From Deltaproteobacteria bacterium (lineage in GTDB: Bacteria > Myxococcota_A > Polyangia > Polyangiales > Houyiibacteriaceae): a stretch of 64,000 bases of DNA. This document shows positions 45,199-54,823 of the stretch, in pieces. Under the pieces are notes generated by a model. That model searched no databases, had not been told where the DNA came from, and saw only the letters and a list, made by a program, of their open reading frames with translations. A program made the position numbers and the translations under genes. The DNA lies in NCBI GenBank assembly GCA_034670305.1, contig JAXMNT010000040.1, positions 1 through 64,000 on the forward strand, read 5' to 3'. Numbering within the stretch: the first letter of the stretch is position 1; each line of letters starts with the position of its first letter.

Positions 45199-46361
45199 GT
45201 TACCGGGTGACCCGCGCCGATGAGGTACGCGCCCGCGTCGATGCGATCCGCGCAGCGGGCGTTGGCCTGCGCGCGCTGACCAAGAAGGATCTGGAGGCTT
45301 TGTGTCGGGCGGTGCGGTGGGTCGCCGACGACAGCGACCTCCGTTCCGCGATCGCACGACGGACGGGTCTCTCGACGCCGATGGTCGAGTGGGGGCTGCG
45401 TACCAGCGTCGAATCGCTGGACGCGGAACGGCTGCTCGAGGTCCGCGAGCAGCTGGGGCTCGACTGGGAGAGCAACGCATCGGGACACGTGGCGGTGGTG
45501 CTCAGCGGCAACCTCTTCACCGCCTGCCTCAAACCGATGCTCTGGCCGCTGGTGCTCGGGGTGCCCGTGATCGCGAAAGCCACGGCACGGGACGACGTGC
45601 TCGTCCGCGCCCTTGCGGATCGATTGCCCGATCCGTTCGCAAATGCGATCGCGGTCGAGACATTCTCTCGCGACGAGACCGCGTGTCTTGAGGCACTGCT
45701 GCAGACGGACGTCGTCCACGTGTACGGTGGTGCGTCGGCGATCGAAGCGGTGCGTGCACAGGCACCGGCTCGGGCCTTGGTGGTGCCGCACGGGCACGGC
45801 TTCGGTGTGGCCTTGGTCTCCTCGGTGGGATTCGAAGCCACACAGGCAGACATGCTGGCGCTCGACGTCGCCGCCTACGACCAGCACGGCTGCCTCTCTC
45901 CACGCGAAGTGTGGGTGGTGGGAGACGCCACTCAGGTCGCCATCGATCTCGCCGCCGCGCTGGATCGGTTGGAGGTCCGGCTGCCACGGGGTGCCGTGTC
46001 CGATTCGGGCGCTCAGCAAAGCTGGCTCGGCACTGTCCAGTCGCTCGGCGACGTCCGAGTGGGACACAGTTCGGTGGTCGCGATCGAACCGCAGGGCAGT
46101 GCGCTCCCCCGCGGGCTCGGAGACCGGACCGTCGTTGTCCGTGGGGTGGCCAGCTTCGAGGCGGCCGGACTGGAACTCGCTGCGCTCGGGCCGCACCTCA
46201 AGTGTGTCGGCTACTACTGGACGAAGGCCCACCCGACCGTCGTGCCGGTGCCACCGATGCCTTCGGCGCCGCGCTGCGTGCCGATCGGACAGATGCAGAC
46301 GCCGTCGTTCTTCGACCGCCACGACGGATGGGAGCCCTGGCTCGGACTCGTCCGGCGCTGA
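45195..46361 (+). CDS. luxC: Acyl-CoA/acyl-protein reductase, LuxC family
   Basis: SGN, YGG..AI, HGHGFG, YDQHGCLSP (catalytic Cys), GQMQ.P...HDG; GTGA overlap with luxE. Confidence 0.88.
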   Translation: MSYRVTRADEVRARVDAIRAAGVGLRALTKKDLEALCRAVRWVADDSDLRSAIARRTGLSTPMVEWGLRTSVESLDAERLLEVREQLGLDWESNASGHVAVVLSGNLFTACLKPMLWPLVLGVPVIAKATARDDVLVRALADRLPDPFANAIAVETFSRDETACLEALLQTDVVHVYGGASAIEAVRAQAPARALVVPHGHGFGVALVSSVGFEATQADMLALDVAAYDQHGCLSPREVWVVGDATQVAIDLAAALDRLEVRLPRGAVSDSGAQQSWLGTVQSLGDVRVGHSSVVAIEPQGSALPRGLGDRTVVVRGVASFEAAGLELAALGPHLKCVGYYWTKAHPTVVPVPPMPSAPRCVPIGQMQTPSFFDRHDGWEPWLGLVRR

Positions 46362-46364
46362 CGT

Positions 46365-47099
46365 TCAGACGCCGATGAAGAGGCGGTGGCCGAAGTTGCG
46401 TTCCAGTTTGGACTGGAAGATCTTCGAGGCGGCCGCTTCGATGTCGTACTCGACTCGGCGGAACCCGAAGGTGCGCGTGTCGGTGTCGAAGGTCGTGTAG
46501 CTCGCGCGGTTGTCGTAATCGCGCGGCTGGCCGACGCTGCCCACACTCACGATGTACTTCGCGCCCTCTTCCAGCTGGAAGTCCTGCGCAGTCATCTCTT
46601 CGACCTCGCCCGGCGTCAGCTTGAACACCTTGCAGAGGTGCGAGTGGCCGATGAGCGTGATGTCGCCGAGCTCGTCCCAGATCTGGAGACACTCGCGCGC
46701 CTGCTCGGGCGCAAAGATGTACTCGAACTCTTCGAGCCGAAGCGGTGAGCCGTGGCAGAGGTGCACGCCGCAGTCGAGTTCGTGTTTGTACGGAAGGGTC
46801 TTGAGCCAGTCGACGTTCTCTTCCGTCAAGATGCTGGCGTGGTAGTCGAGCGCCTGACGGGCCGCCTGGTAGTAGTACGAGTAGTCCATCCGGCCCGCGA
46901 CGGCTGCGTCGTGGTTGCCAAGGATCGTCACCTTCGCGGTGTCTCGGATGATGTCGGCGCACTCGTTCGGACTCGCCCCGTAGCCGACCACATCGCCCAG
47001 ACAGTAGAACTCGTCGATCGCCTCGGAGTCGTACCCCGCCATCACAGCCGAGAGGGCTTCGATGTTGGCGTGGACGTCGCTGAAAATCCCGAGGCGCAT
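46365..47099 (-). CDS. Metallophosphoesterase
   Basis: SDVHAN, GDVVGYG, GNHD, HGSP, GHSH, GSVGQPRD. Confidence 0.93.
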   Translation of the reverse strand: MRLGIFSDVHANIEALSAVMAGYDSEAIDEFYCLGDVVGYGASPNECADIIRDTAKVTILGNHDAAVAGRMDYSYYYQAARQALDYHASILTEENVDWLKTLPYKHELDCGVHLCHGSPLRLEEFEYIFAPEQARECLQIWDELGDITLIGHSHLCKVFKLTPGEVEEMTAQDFQLEEGAKYIVSVGSVGQPRDYDNRASYTTFDTDTRTFGFRRVEYDIEAAASKIFQSKLERNFGHRLFIGV

Positions 47100-47193
47100 G
47101 GGGGTGGGTCGCGACGCGGAGAGGTCGCAGACCGAACCTATCTTGTAGAGCCCGCGGGGACAATTGTCCACGACGGTTTCTCTGGGGTGAACC

Positions 47194-49878
47194 TCAGCCG
47201 CGGACCGCCGCGACCACTTCGTAGAAACGTCGGCTGAATCCATGCACCCCATCGTCGGGGTCTTTTCGGCTGCCCTGCACGATCGCCGCATGATCGTCCA
47301 CGAGTTGGCGGTGGGTGCGGGCTCCAGCCGCGAGTTTGCGGACCGAATCGTGGGAGTCGTCGTGCAACTGGTCGAGCTTGCCCACTTCGAGCCGAGTCAT
47401 GTGTGCGATGGTGTAGGAGAAGCGCTCCCCCGCCCCTTTGGGCTCCCGCATGGCCCGGGCCAGTGTCCGGATCGCAGCACTTCCGAACAGGGCCAGGACC
47501 CGCCCGACCTCGTGCCAGACCTCGGTCGGCTCGTCGCGCAGCAGCTGCACGAGTGGGGAGATCGCACGCCGGAGTTTCAACTCCCCGAGGGCGAGGGCTG
47601 CGGCTTGTCGCACGAACGTCTTTCGGGCGGCGAGCGCGTCGATCAGGGCGTCGGCCCCCTCTTCTCCGAAGGCCACGACGCGTGGCACCACCTCAAGCAC
47701 CTCTTCGCGCGGCATCTTGCGGGTGGCGCGCAACACGAGTGGAACGAGTTTCGCGTCGGTGCGCGAGAGCAACTCCAGCGCAGCCGGCAAACGCATCTTC
47801 GGGTGCTCGAGCAGCTCGCTGAGACGCGGTGGCGGGAGCGTCTTCAGCTCGGCTTCCTCGACCACCGCCGGGCCGGTCTCTCCCTTGGCCGCGTTGATGT
47901 CTTTCCACGCCGCTTCGTGGGTGTCGCTGTCGAGCGCGACCTCGTACGCATCCGCGAGCGCGAGCAGCCGCTCCCAGTTGCGCGCGACCGCGTCCTCGGA
48001 GAGTCCGCCCCGCTCTGGCAGCGCCGCGGTGCCTCGGAACGAATCGGCCACCCGCAACACGAGCTCTCCAGGTTCTGCGACGACGCCGAGCGAGACCGCC
48101 CGGGCGATGAGTCGCTCCGAGATCGCGACGCCGTGACGAATCGCGTCGTCGAGCACTCGACGGAAGCTGTCGTCCACCAGCTGGCGGGGAAGCGAGAGCC
48201 CGAGCAGCGCCAGCTCCATCTTGACCGGCGTGCTCCACTTCGAGAGCGCCGCGACGGCCTCGAGCGCTTCGGATGCGGTTTCGGCATCCGCTGCGACCAC
48301 GAAGGGATGACCGCGAAGTCGGACGGGCGGGGGCGCCGCCAACGCACGCTCCATGGACGTGATGCCGTCTCCGGTGCCCTCGGCGCGGTCCGCGTGTTCC
48401 AGCGCCATCGCGAGGTTGAGTTCACGCTCGGGCACGTGAAGCTCCAAGGTACGTTCGTAGCTCCCCGACGGCCCGAAGAGCGCCACCTTCAATCGCAGAT
48501 CGGTGCGCAGCAGATCGAGCATGGCGCGATCGCCCGCCTTGCGCGGATCGAACGCTGCCCGACGGACGTACGGGCGGTCGTCGCCCCAGTCGACGAGCGC
48601 CAGCAAGACGACCGGGTAGTCTTCGACGGCCACGTACTGCACGAGCAACTCGGCCCGTTTGCGGAAACTCTCTTCGTGTCCTTCTTCAAGGCGCGCGAAG
48701 AGCCAAGGCCCATCCGCCATGCGGGCCAACATCTGGATCTGCCGATCCTCGAAGAGTTCGGGAGGTGGGGTCGCGGCGCCGGAAAGCGGGCCATCCATCA
48801 CCGGTGGCTGCTCGCTCCGGTGCACGCCGGTGGTGTCGACCTCGGCGATCTCGAGCACGTCCGAGTCGTCGAGTTCCTCGCCTTCGACCAGTTCTTCGAC
48901 GTCCTCCAGCAACTCCGCGGCGAGCTCTTCCACGTCTTCCTCGTGCAACCCATCGGGTGCCTCAGAGACATCGCGCGGATCGACCAGACCGAACGGCGCT
49001 TGCTCCAACCCATCGTCCGGCTCGACGATGTCCGGCTCCGCGTCGTCGACCAATTCAACCGACTCGACCAGCGGTGCGGGCCGTTCCGATTGCGCCATCG
49101 TCGGTTCCGCGTCGAGGTCGCGCACCTCTTGGACGAGGTCGTCGGTGAGCTCCCCGGGCAGATCGCCGGATGTGATCTCGTCCGCGAACTCTCCGAGTTC
49201 GGCGGCGTCGTCGGAGAGCGCGTGGACCTCTTCGAGCATGTCGCGCTCCCGTTCGCGCAAACTCTCGAACCGCGTGTCCAGCTCCTGCTCGCGGAGCGCG
49301 ACTTCTCGTCGTGCGGCCTCGAGCCGTTCGCCTTCGAGTCGCAGCTCGTCTTCGCGCGCGGTCACCGCCTCCGCGCGTGCCCGCAAACGCGACTCCCGAT
49401 CGGCGAGCAGTTCTTCGCGTGCTTCCGCTTCCCGCGCCCGGACCGCCCCCACCCCTTTGGCGTGGTCGCCGCTCACCCGCAGGCGAAGCGCTTCGAGCGA
49501 TACGACAACTTCTGCGTCGGCGACGTAGGGCGGCACAGGATGCGCGTGGTCGTCGCCGATGCGGCGGAGCAGATCCGCGCGCTCGTGAAAGATGCGGTGC
49601 GCGAGGACCTGCGGGACCACGAGTACGAAGATGTGTCGGCTCGGGTCGTGGTAGACGAACGGAAGCGCCAGAGCCTGGCCGTCGTCGAGCACATGCAGCG
49701 TGCCGGACAGCGCCCGCTCGCCGAGACCCGGGTCGGTCGCCACGTTGACCACCCGGTGCAGCAGCACCGCGACCATGCCGCGTTTGCCGCCCGTCGCATC
49801 ATCGGTGGGTGCGGGCACATGCACCGGTTCGGTGCGTGTCTGTCCCTCTCGGCCCTCGTACGCGAAATGTTCGGTCAC
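47194..49878 (-). CDS. Large protein with coiled coil, acidic linker and C-terminal HEAT repeats
   Basis: REAEAREELLADRE coiled coil; D/E-rich tract; FVRQAAALALGEL HEAT-like repeat. Confidence 0.8.
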   Translation of the reverse strand: MTEHFAYEGREGQTRTEPVHVPAPTDDATGGKRGMVAVLLHRVVNVATDPGLGERALSGTLHVLDDGQALALPFVYHDPSRHIFVLVVPQVLAHRIFHERADLLRRIGDDHAHPVPPYVADAEVVVSLEALRLRVSGDHAKGVGAVRAREAEAREELLADRESRLRARAEAVTAREDELRLEGERLEAARREVALREQELDTRFESLRERERDMLEEVHALSDDAAELGEFADEITSGDLPGELTDDLVQEVRDLDAEPTMAQSERPAPLVESVELVDDAEPDIVEPDDGLEQAPFGLVDPRDVSEAPDGLHEEDVEELAAELLEDVEELVEGEELDDSDVLEIAEVDTTGVHRSEQPPVMDGPLSGAATPPPELFEDRQIQMLARMADGPWLFARLEEGHEESFRKRAELLVQYVAVEDYPVVLLALVDWGDDRPYVRRAAFDPRKAGDRAMLDLLRTDLRLKVALFGPSGSYERTLELHVPERELNLAMALEHADRAEGTGDGITSMERALAAPPPVRLRGHPFVVAADAETASEALEAVAALSKWSTPVKMELALLGLSLPRQLVDDSFRRVLDDAIRHGVAISERLIARAVSLGVVAEPGELVLRVADSFRGTAALPERGGLSEDAVARNWERLLALADAYEVALDSDTHEAAWKDINAAKGETGPAVVEEAELKTLPPPRLSELLEHPKMRLPAALELLSRTDAKLVPLVLRATRKMPREEVLEVVPRVVAFGEEGADALIDALAARKTFVRQAAALALGELKLRRAISPLVQLLRDEPTEVWHEVGRVLALFGSAAIRTLARAMREPKGAGERFSYTIAHMTRLEVGKLDQLHDDSHDSVRKLAAGARTHRQLVDDHAAIVQGSRKDPDDGVHGFSRRFYEVVAAVRG

Positions 49879-50042
49879 GAAACACGATCGGTATCACAGC
49901 AGGGCAATGTGGTCATCCGTGACGATCGCAGTCTGTGTCCGGGGACGGTCGGATCCGCCACCCATCCGGCCAGCCATCCGACCCAGTCACACGGCCGGCT
50001 CGACGAGGTGCCCGAACGGACATTGCGGGCTATGTCGGGGCG

Positions 50043-50663
50043 ATGGCCGACGCCCCGACCCACGTGACCGATCTGGCGACCGCATGTGTGCACAGCGTGA
50101 AGCAGACGCTCGACATCGCGCTCGACCTCCAACCCGACACCCTGCCGATCCTCGACCACTATGTCCGTGAGATCCTCGAACGCGACGCCGAGGGTCTGGC
50201 GCTCGGGGTATCGATCTGTGGGGCCTACTTTGGTGAGGTGGTGCGGCGCCGGTTCGAGTCGGTCCGGTGGTTCGCGCCTCAGGCGATCTCGGACGTGCTG
50301 CGCACAGAGGAGCTCGCGCACGGCGAGATGGCCGGCGACCCCTATCCCGAGTGGCGCCTCGAGTTCGAGCAGGTGTTTCTCCACTTCAACCCGCTCGGGG
50401 TGGCGCTCGAGGTGGCGGAGACCGCCGACGCGGCCGGCTGGAAGGCGCACCTCGGGGTGCAGAAGCGGGACCGTGAAGCCGTGGACGCATCGGTGGCGCT
50501 CTTCGGGGTGGCCCGAGAACGCGACTACTACTCGTTCACGGTTCGGTTCGAGGTGCTCGAGCAGGTGGTCGAGGCGCTGGTCCGCGAACGGCAACACCGC
50601 AAGGAGTCCCCTGGGTCCTACGGGCCGGTCGACTACGCGAGCGCGCCGTCCATCCTCTCCTGA
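50043..50663 (+). CDS. Hypothetical protein
   Basis: LD..PDTLPILDHY, GAYFGEVVRR, FNP motifs; good codon bias. Confidence 0.75.
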   Translation: MADAPTHVTDLATACVHSVKQTLDIALDLQPDTLPILDHYVREILERDAEGLALGVSICGAYFGEVVRRRFESVRWFAPQAISDVLRTEELAHGEMAGDPYPEWRLEFEQVFLHFNPLGVALEVAETADAAGWKAHLGVQKRDREAVDASVALFGVARERDYYSFTVRFEVLEQVVEALVRERQHRKESPGSYGPVDYASAPSILS

Positions 50664-50720
50664 CGCCGCCGGAGGTTCGCGTCAGCGCTCTCCTGACGCC
50701 GCCGGAGGTTCGCGTCAGCG
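50655..50720. repeat. 33-bp direct repeat x2, each a hairpin, between convergent genes
   Basis: ctctcctgacgccgccggaggttcgcgtcagcg twice; stem ctgacgc/gcgtcag. Confidence 0.85.
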
Positions 50721-51803
50721 TGGAAGGTTGATGCGGCCAGGTACGACCACCGGCCGCCGCGCCGCGGTCTGCAGACCAAACGGACGCATCGCACCCACCT
50801 GATAGGTCCCCGGCCGAAGTCCGACGAAGTGCGCGGTGGCGCCCCGGTCGACCCAGCCCACGGGCGTCCCACCAACCGTGACGATCATGCGGGCGCGCCC
50901 GCGGTTGGTGATGATGAGCCCTTCGCCCGGTGCATCGTCGGCGGGCTCCGGGGTCGGCCCGCGCCTGGGACTGATGCGCGCCATCAACTCCGGAGACAAG
51001 AACGCTCGATGCGCGACCTGCGCGGAAGGCCTCGGCGGGTCTTCGTGGTCGGCTCGGAGGGCTTCGCGCGGAACCTCCACCGCCACATCCGCGGTGCGCT
51101 CCATCCGCCACAGGCCCACCCGCATGCTCGGCGGCGCCCCACCCTCCCCGCAGCGACGCGCGAGCGTGTCGGGGGGACTGTTCGTCCACTCCGCCACCAA
51201 ACGACACAGCAGATCGCCCGGACCGCTCTGTTCACGGGACGGCGGGGTGTTGATCCGATAGCGGGGTTCGAACCGAGTGCGTCCGCCTTCGAACCACTGC
51301 GCGAGCTGCCCTGGTCCAAGCGGTCGCCCATCGGGACCATGGAATACGTACACGCCCGGCTCGTCGCGGCGCAATCGAACCTCGGCTCCGGGCGGAAGTG
51401 ACCACCCTCCTCCGGCGAAGCGTGCGCGCAGCCGGTCGCGCGAAACGTCCACGTACAGTTCGGCCGCTGGGCTCGGCACCGACGGATCGGCGACGCCCAG
51501 ACTTCGAGGCACACGCAGGGTCACCCGGTAGACGAGTCGCCGAGCGCTCTCGGGGGTGCCACGCGCATACTCGTCGTCCGCCGCGAACGCGGGTTGAATG
51601 CGACGCGCGCGGTCGGGTTCGGTCTCGCGGGAGGGCAAGCCTGGAACCGGCGCGACCACCTCTTCCGGAGTCGGCGCGGCGAGCGGGATCTGAGGCTCGG
51701 GCGGCAGCGGAGGCGCCTGCAACGGAGGCTCCCGACTCTCGCAGGCGAACATGCCGAGGCACAGAGACACGGCCGCAAGCAGCGTGCGCGACGACGCGTT
51801 CAC
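50715..51803 (-). CDS. Hypothetical lipoprotein
   Basis: GTG 5 nt after the upstream stop; GMFA-C lipobox; C-terminal beta domain. Confidence 0.75.
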   Translation of the reverse strand: MNASSRTLLAAVSLCLGMFACESREPPLQAPPLPPEPQIPLAAPTPEEVVAPVPGLPSRETEPDRARRIQPAFAADDEYARGTPESARRLVYRVTLRVPRSLGVADPSVPSPAAELYVDVSRDRLRARFAGGGWSLPPGAEVRLRRDEPGVYVFHGPDGRPLGPGQLAQWFEGGRTRFEPRYRINTPPSREQSGPGDLLCRLVAEWTNSPPDTLARRCGEGGAPPSMRVGLWRMERTADVAVEVPREALRADHEDPPRPSAQVAHRAFLSPELMARISPRRGPTPEPADDAPGEGLIITNRGRARMIVTVGGTPVGWVDRGATAHFVGLRPGTYQVGAMRPFGLQTAARRPVVVPGRINLPR

Positions 51804-51807
51804 GCGT

Positions 51808-53136
51808 TCAGAACTCGAAGACGACCTGGCCGCCGGAATCTTGGCCGAGATCATCTCCGCCGCTGGCCACGACGGCGATGGCGATCACCGCACCGAGGAC
51901 GACCGCGCCACCGATGGCGGTCCAGAACCACCACTTCCCTGTGATGCTGTCGTTGTCGTTCTCTTCGGGCTCGGTCCCCACGGGATCCACGACGATGTTG
52001 CCGATGATGTTCTCGTCGTCGCTGCCTTGGGCCTGCGGTCGCAAGATGTTCTCGATCGCAGCCTGGATGGAGCGCTGCACGACCGGCTCGAGTTCACCGA
52101 GCGCACGCGGCGCCATCACTTCGCCGCGGAGCAGGCGCCGGCCGGTGGCGGCGTCGAACATCACGAGCTCGAGTTTCACCGTGTCCTGCGAGTCGCCGTA
52201 CGAGACGCGGATGACGCCGATCTTGTCGAGGTTGAGCGTCTGGGCGACCGTCGCGATCGGCCCGTCGCCTTCTTCGAGCTCATGTCCTGTGATTCCCCGA
52301 ACCGCCTCGGCCAAGCCTTCGTTGCCCTCGATCTCCATCAGGAATGCGTTGACCGATGCGTCGGTGGACCGGCGGGTCAGGTTCACGTTCTCGATGTACG
52401 GCGTCGAGCCGGCGAGCGCTGTGCGCACGCTGTGTTCTCCACGAGCGAGGCCATCGATCGCGAGCGGGGTGAGACCGCGCGGGATGAAGTCCACGTACGC
52501 GACGGCCCCGGGCGGATCGCTCTCCACCGTGATCGTTCCGTCGGTGCGGCTCGGCGCCGCCGCTTCGTAGCGACTGACCACGTCCGGCGGGAAGACCTCG
52601 GGGTCCGGGCGAATGTGCGGCATCTGAACGTGAAGCCGCTCGAAGGTCGTGCGGGCACCGCGGCTGTCGCCGTTGAAGGACTGGGAGGCACCCAGGTAGA
52701 GAAGCGCGTCGCCTAGGTCGGAAGGATCTTCGAGCGCGCTCAAGGCCTGGTTGAAGTTCTCCACCGCGCCGGTGAGGTGCTGGGTCGCTTCGTCGAGGCG
52801 CAGCTCCAGGTACGCGGTCCGGCCTTCCTCGAGCTGCTCGCGCGCTTCACGCAGGCGTACGAGGGTGTTGTCGTCGTAGCCAAGGTACTGCTGATCCGCT
52901 GCCTGCCAGTCCGCGCCATCGACCCGCCGCATCGCAGCGCGCGCCGCGGCGCCGGCCCGGGCGGCCACCGCTTCGAGTTCGGGGTCGATGGCCGCGGCGA
53001 CCACGTAGACCCGCTGCATCTGGACCGGCCCCTGTGCGCTCGCGCGCGGAGTGTCGACCGCACCCATCGAGAGTGCGACCAAAACGGTCGCCACGAGCGG
53101 TCGGGGGAACGATCGAACAAACGTACGCGTCAACAT
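51808..53136 (-). CDS. PEGA-domain protein with TPR-like region and C-terminal membrane anchor
   Basis: Signal peptide; VESDPPGA.AYVD...G.TPL...L..GEH.V; KWWFWTAIG TM. Confidence 0.9.
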   Translation of the reverse strand: MLTRTFVRSFPRPLVATVLVALSMGAVDTPRASAQGPVQMQRVYVVAAAIDPELEAVAARAGAAARAAMRRVDGADWQAADQQYLGYDDNTLVRLREAREQLEEGRTAYLELRLDEATQHLTGAVENFNQALSALEDPSDLGDALLYLGASQSFNGDSRGARTTFERLHVQMPHIRPDPEVFPPDVVSRYEAAAPSRTDGTITVESDPPGAVAYVDFIPRGLTPLAIDGLARGEHSVRTALAGSTPYIENVNLTRRSTDASVNAFLMEIEGNEGLAEAVRGITGHELEEGDGPIATVAQTLNLDKIGVIRVSYGDSQDTVKLELVMFDAATGRRLLRGEVMAPRALGELEPVVQRSIQAAIENILRPQAQGSDDENIIGNIVVDPVGTEPEENDNDSITGKWWFWTAIGGAVVLGAVIAIAVVASGGDDLGQDSGGQVVFEF

Positions 53137-53188
53137 CGAGCCTCGTTGGGAGTGGTTCCCATGGGTGCAGTACAGGAGGCCGCGCAGA

Positions 53189-53560
53189 TCACGAAGCCCG
53201 TTCCAAGTCTCTCACGAGTTGGACCAATGCTGGGTCGTCCTCGAGCGTTGCGCGCAAATGCGCCTCGAGCTGTGCGCGGCCGCTTTCGTCGAGGAGCTGG
53301 GCCTCGGGGGCACTCAGCGCCGCCGCGATCACCCGCTCGAGCGCGGCCGCCGCATCGATCGCGCCCGACTTCAGATCCGCCGCGGTCTGAGAGACCGCAT
53401 CGACGGACGCGGCAGACGAGGTCTGCTCGGCGGTGACGTCGCCGACTTGTTCCGCGGCCATCGACTCCGAGAACTCGGCGCCAGCCGGTTTGCCCGACGT
53501 CGCGGGGTCCGGGGCGCCCGGGGGTTTGGGGCCGCCAGGGGGTTTGATGGGAGAGGTCAT
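53189..53560 (-). CDS. Small hypothetical protein
   Basis: SD GGAG; Pro/Gly N-terminus, helical C-terminus ending LEDDPALVQLV. Confidence 0.75.
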   Translation of the reverse strand: MTSPIKPPGGPKPPGAPDPATSGKPAGAEFSESMAAEQVGDVTAEQTSSAASVDAVSQTAADLKSGAIDAAAALERVIAAALSAPEAQLLDESGRAQLEAHLRATLEDDPALVQLVRDLERAS

Positions 53561-53618
53561 GATCGGGCTCCAGCGGAGGGTAACGAACCGGGGAAGCGCA
53601 CCGCAAGATGCGCTTGCG

Positions 53619-54074
53619 TCATCGCACGTTGCCGATGACCGCCTTCGCGGTGTCGTGCCTCGCCTTCATCACGTTGGAAACCGTCTGAAAGGAGCGCTGT
53701 TCCATGGCGATCTCCTGCTGAAGCACCAGCAGTTCCATGGAGCTGCTGGTGTGGGCCGCGAGCATGTCCGAGGACGAAGGGCCCCCGGTCCCGGGTCCGT
53801 TGAGCCCGCCGCCCGGGCCTTCGGGAGAGGTTCCGCCGGCCGAGGTGCTGGCGAGACTGGCGCTGCCGACCCCAGAACCCGAGCCGCTCGACCCTCCTCG
53901 GATGGCGGCGGTCAACGCCTGGCCGCCGGGCACCAAACCGGCGACCTGTTCGACCCCAGCCAGCAGCTGGCTCGCGCCGGAAGCGAGCGCGTCCCGAAAT
54001 GCGTCCGATCCGGTGCGGGGTGTCTGACGGGGCTGGGTGGTTCGGGTGGTGAGTTCATCGGAGATGCGGGTCAT
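53619..54074 (-). CDS. Small protein with T3SS needle (SctF)-like C-terminal helix
   Basis: SD AAGAAGG; C-terminus LLVLQQEIAMEQRSFQTVSNVMKARHDTAKAVIGNVR. Confidence 0.65.
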   Translation of the reverse strand: MTRISDELTTRTTQPRQTPRTGSDAFRDALASGASQLLAGVEQVAGLVPGGQALTAAIRGGSSGSGSGVGSASLASTSAGGTSPEGPGGGLNGPGTGGPSSSDMLAAHTSSSMELLVLQQEIAMEQRSFQTVSNVMKARHDTAKAVIGNVR

Positions 54075-54244
54075 GTCGTGCCTTCTTTCTGCGCTCCACG
54101 AAAGAGCGACCGTTGGCTTCCCTCCTCGGTGGCACGCTGGGCCGGTTGCGTCGTTTTCGTACTTTCGCCTCCGAGCCGCTCTGCCTTTTGTCGTCGCGGG
54201 CAAACGTGCAAGGATCTGGATGTGTCGAAACCGAGGACAGGGAC

Positions 54245-54823
54245 GTGAGTGTGGACCGAGCGGCGGCCGCCGCAGCGATCGAGGCGTTCCTGACTGCGCT
54301 CGGACATCCACCGGACTCCGACCCCGAACTCGCAGAGACCGGCGTGCGGGTCGCGGAAGCGTTCGGCGAGGACCTGCTCGCGGGCTATCGGATGGATCCC
54401 GCGAAGATCCTCCGGGAGACCTGCGGGGTCGACGGCGACTCGGAAGGGCTCGTGGCGTTGTGCGACATTCAGACCACAATCGTCTGCCCCCACCATCTGT
54501 TGCCGGCGACCGGGGCAGTGCACGTCGGGTACCTGCCCGGAGACAGCCTTGTCGGGCTGGGCGCGCTCGGTCGATTGGTCCAGTGCCACGCACGCCGGCT
54601 CGCGCTTCAAGAGGATGTTTGTAGAGACATCGCCCGGTCGCTCGTGCTCCACGCCGGGGCCCGCGCGGCGGCATGCACCGCAGATCTGGCACCCGCCTGC
54701 GTGCGTGCCCGAGGCGACCGCCAAGCCCACGCGCGCAGTGTGACGATGGCCTATGCCGGAGACGCGGACGAAGGGTTCCGCGCTGCCTGGCTCGCCCACC
54801 TCACGGTGCGATCGCATGCGTGA
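54245..54823 (+). CDS. folE: GTP cyclohydrolase I, divergent
   Basis: T..RVA, CPHHLLP..G.VHVGYLP, ARRL.LQE, C...RG. Confidence 0.8.
   Translation: MSVDRAAAAAAIEAFLTALGHPPDSDPELAETGVRVAEAFGEDLLAGYRMDPAKILRETCGVDGDSEGLVALCDIQTTIVCPHHLLPATGAVHVGYLPGDSLVGLGALGRLVQCHARRLALQEDVCRDIARSLVLHAGARAAACTADLAPACVRARGDRQAHARSVTMAYAGDADEGFRAAWLAHLTVRSHA

Noticed and set aside
44158-46361. Bioluminescence (lux) operon
   Set aside because: No luxA, luxB, luxD or luxG in the window; ribA is 9 kb away, on the other strand and in a housekeeping context.
47242-50067. Long antisense or alternate-frame ORFs (e.g. 47242-50067 +, 11855-15028 -, 15263-17812 +, 34264-36756 -, 61322-63598 +)
   Set aside because: Shadow ORFs expected from high GC3 codon bias opposite better-supported genes; they carry no motifs.
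54130-54150. Sigma54 promoter (TGGCACG...TTGC)
   Set aside because: The GG-to-GC spacing does not fit the required GG-N10-GC.
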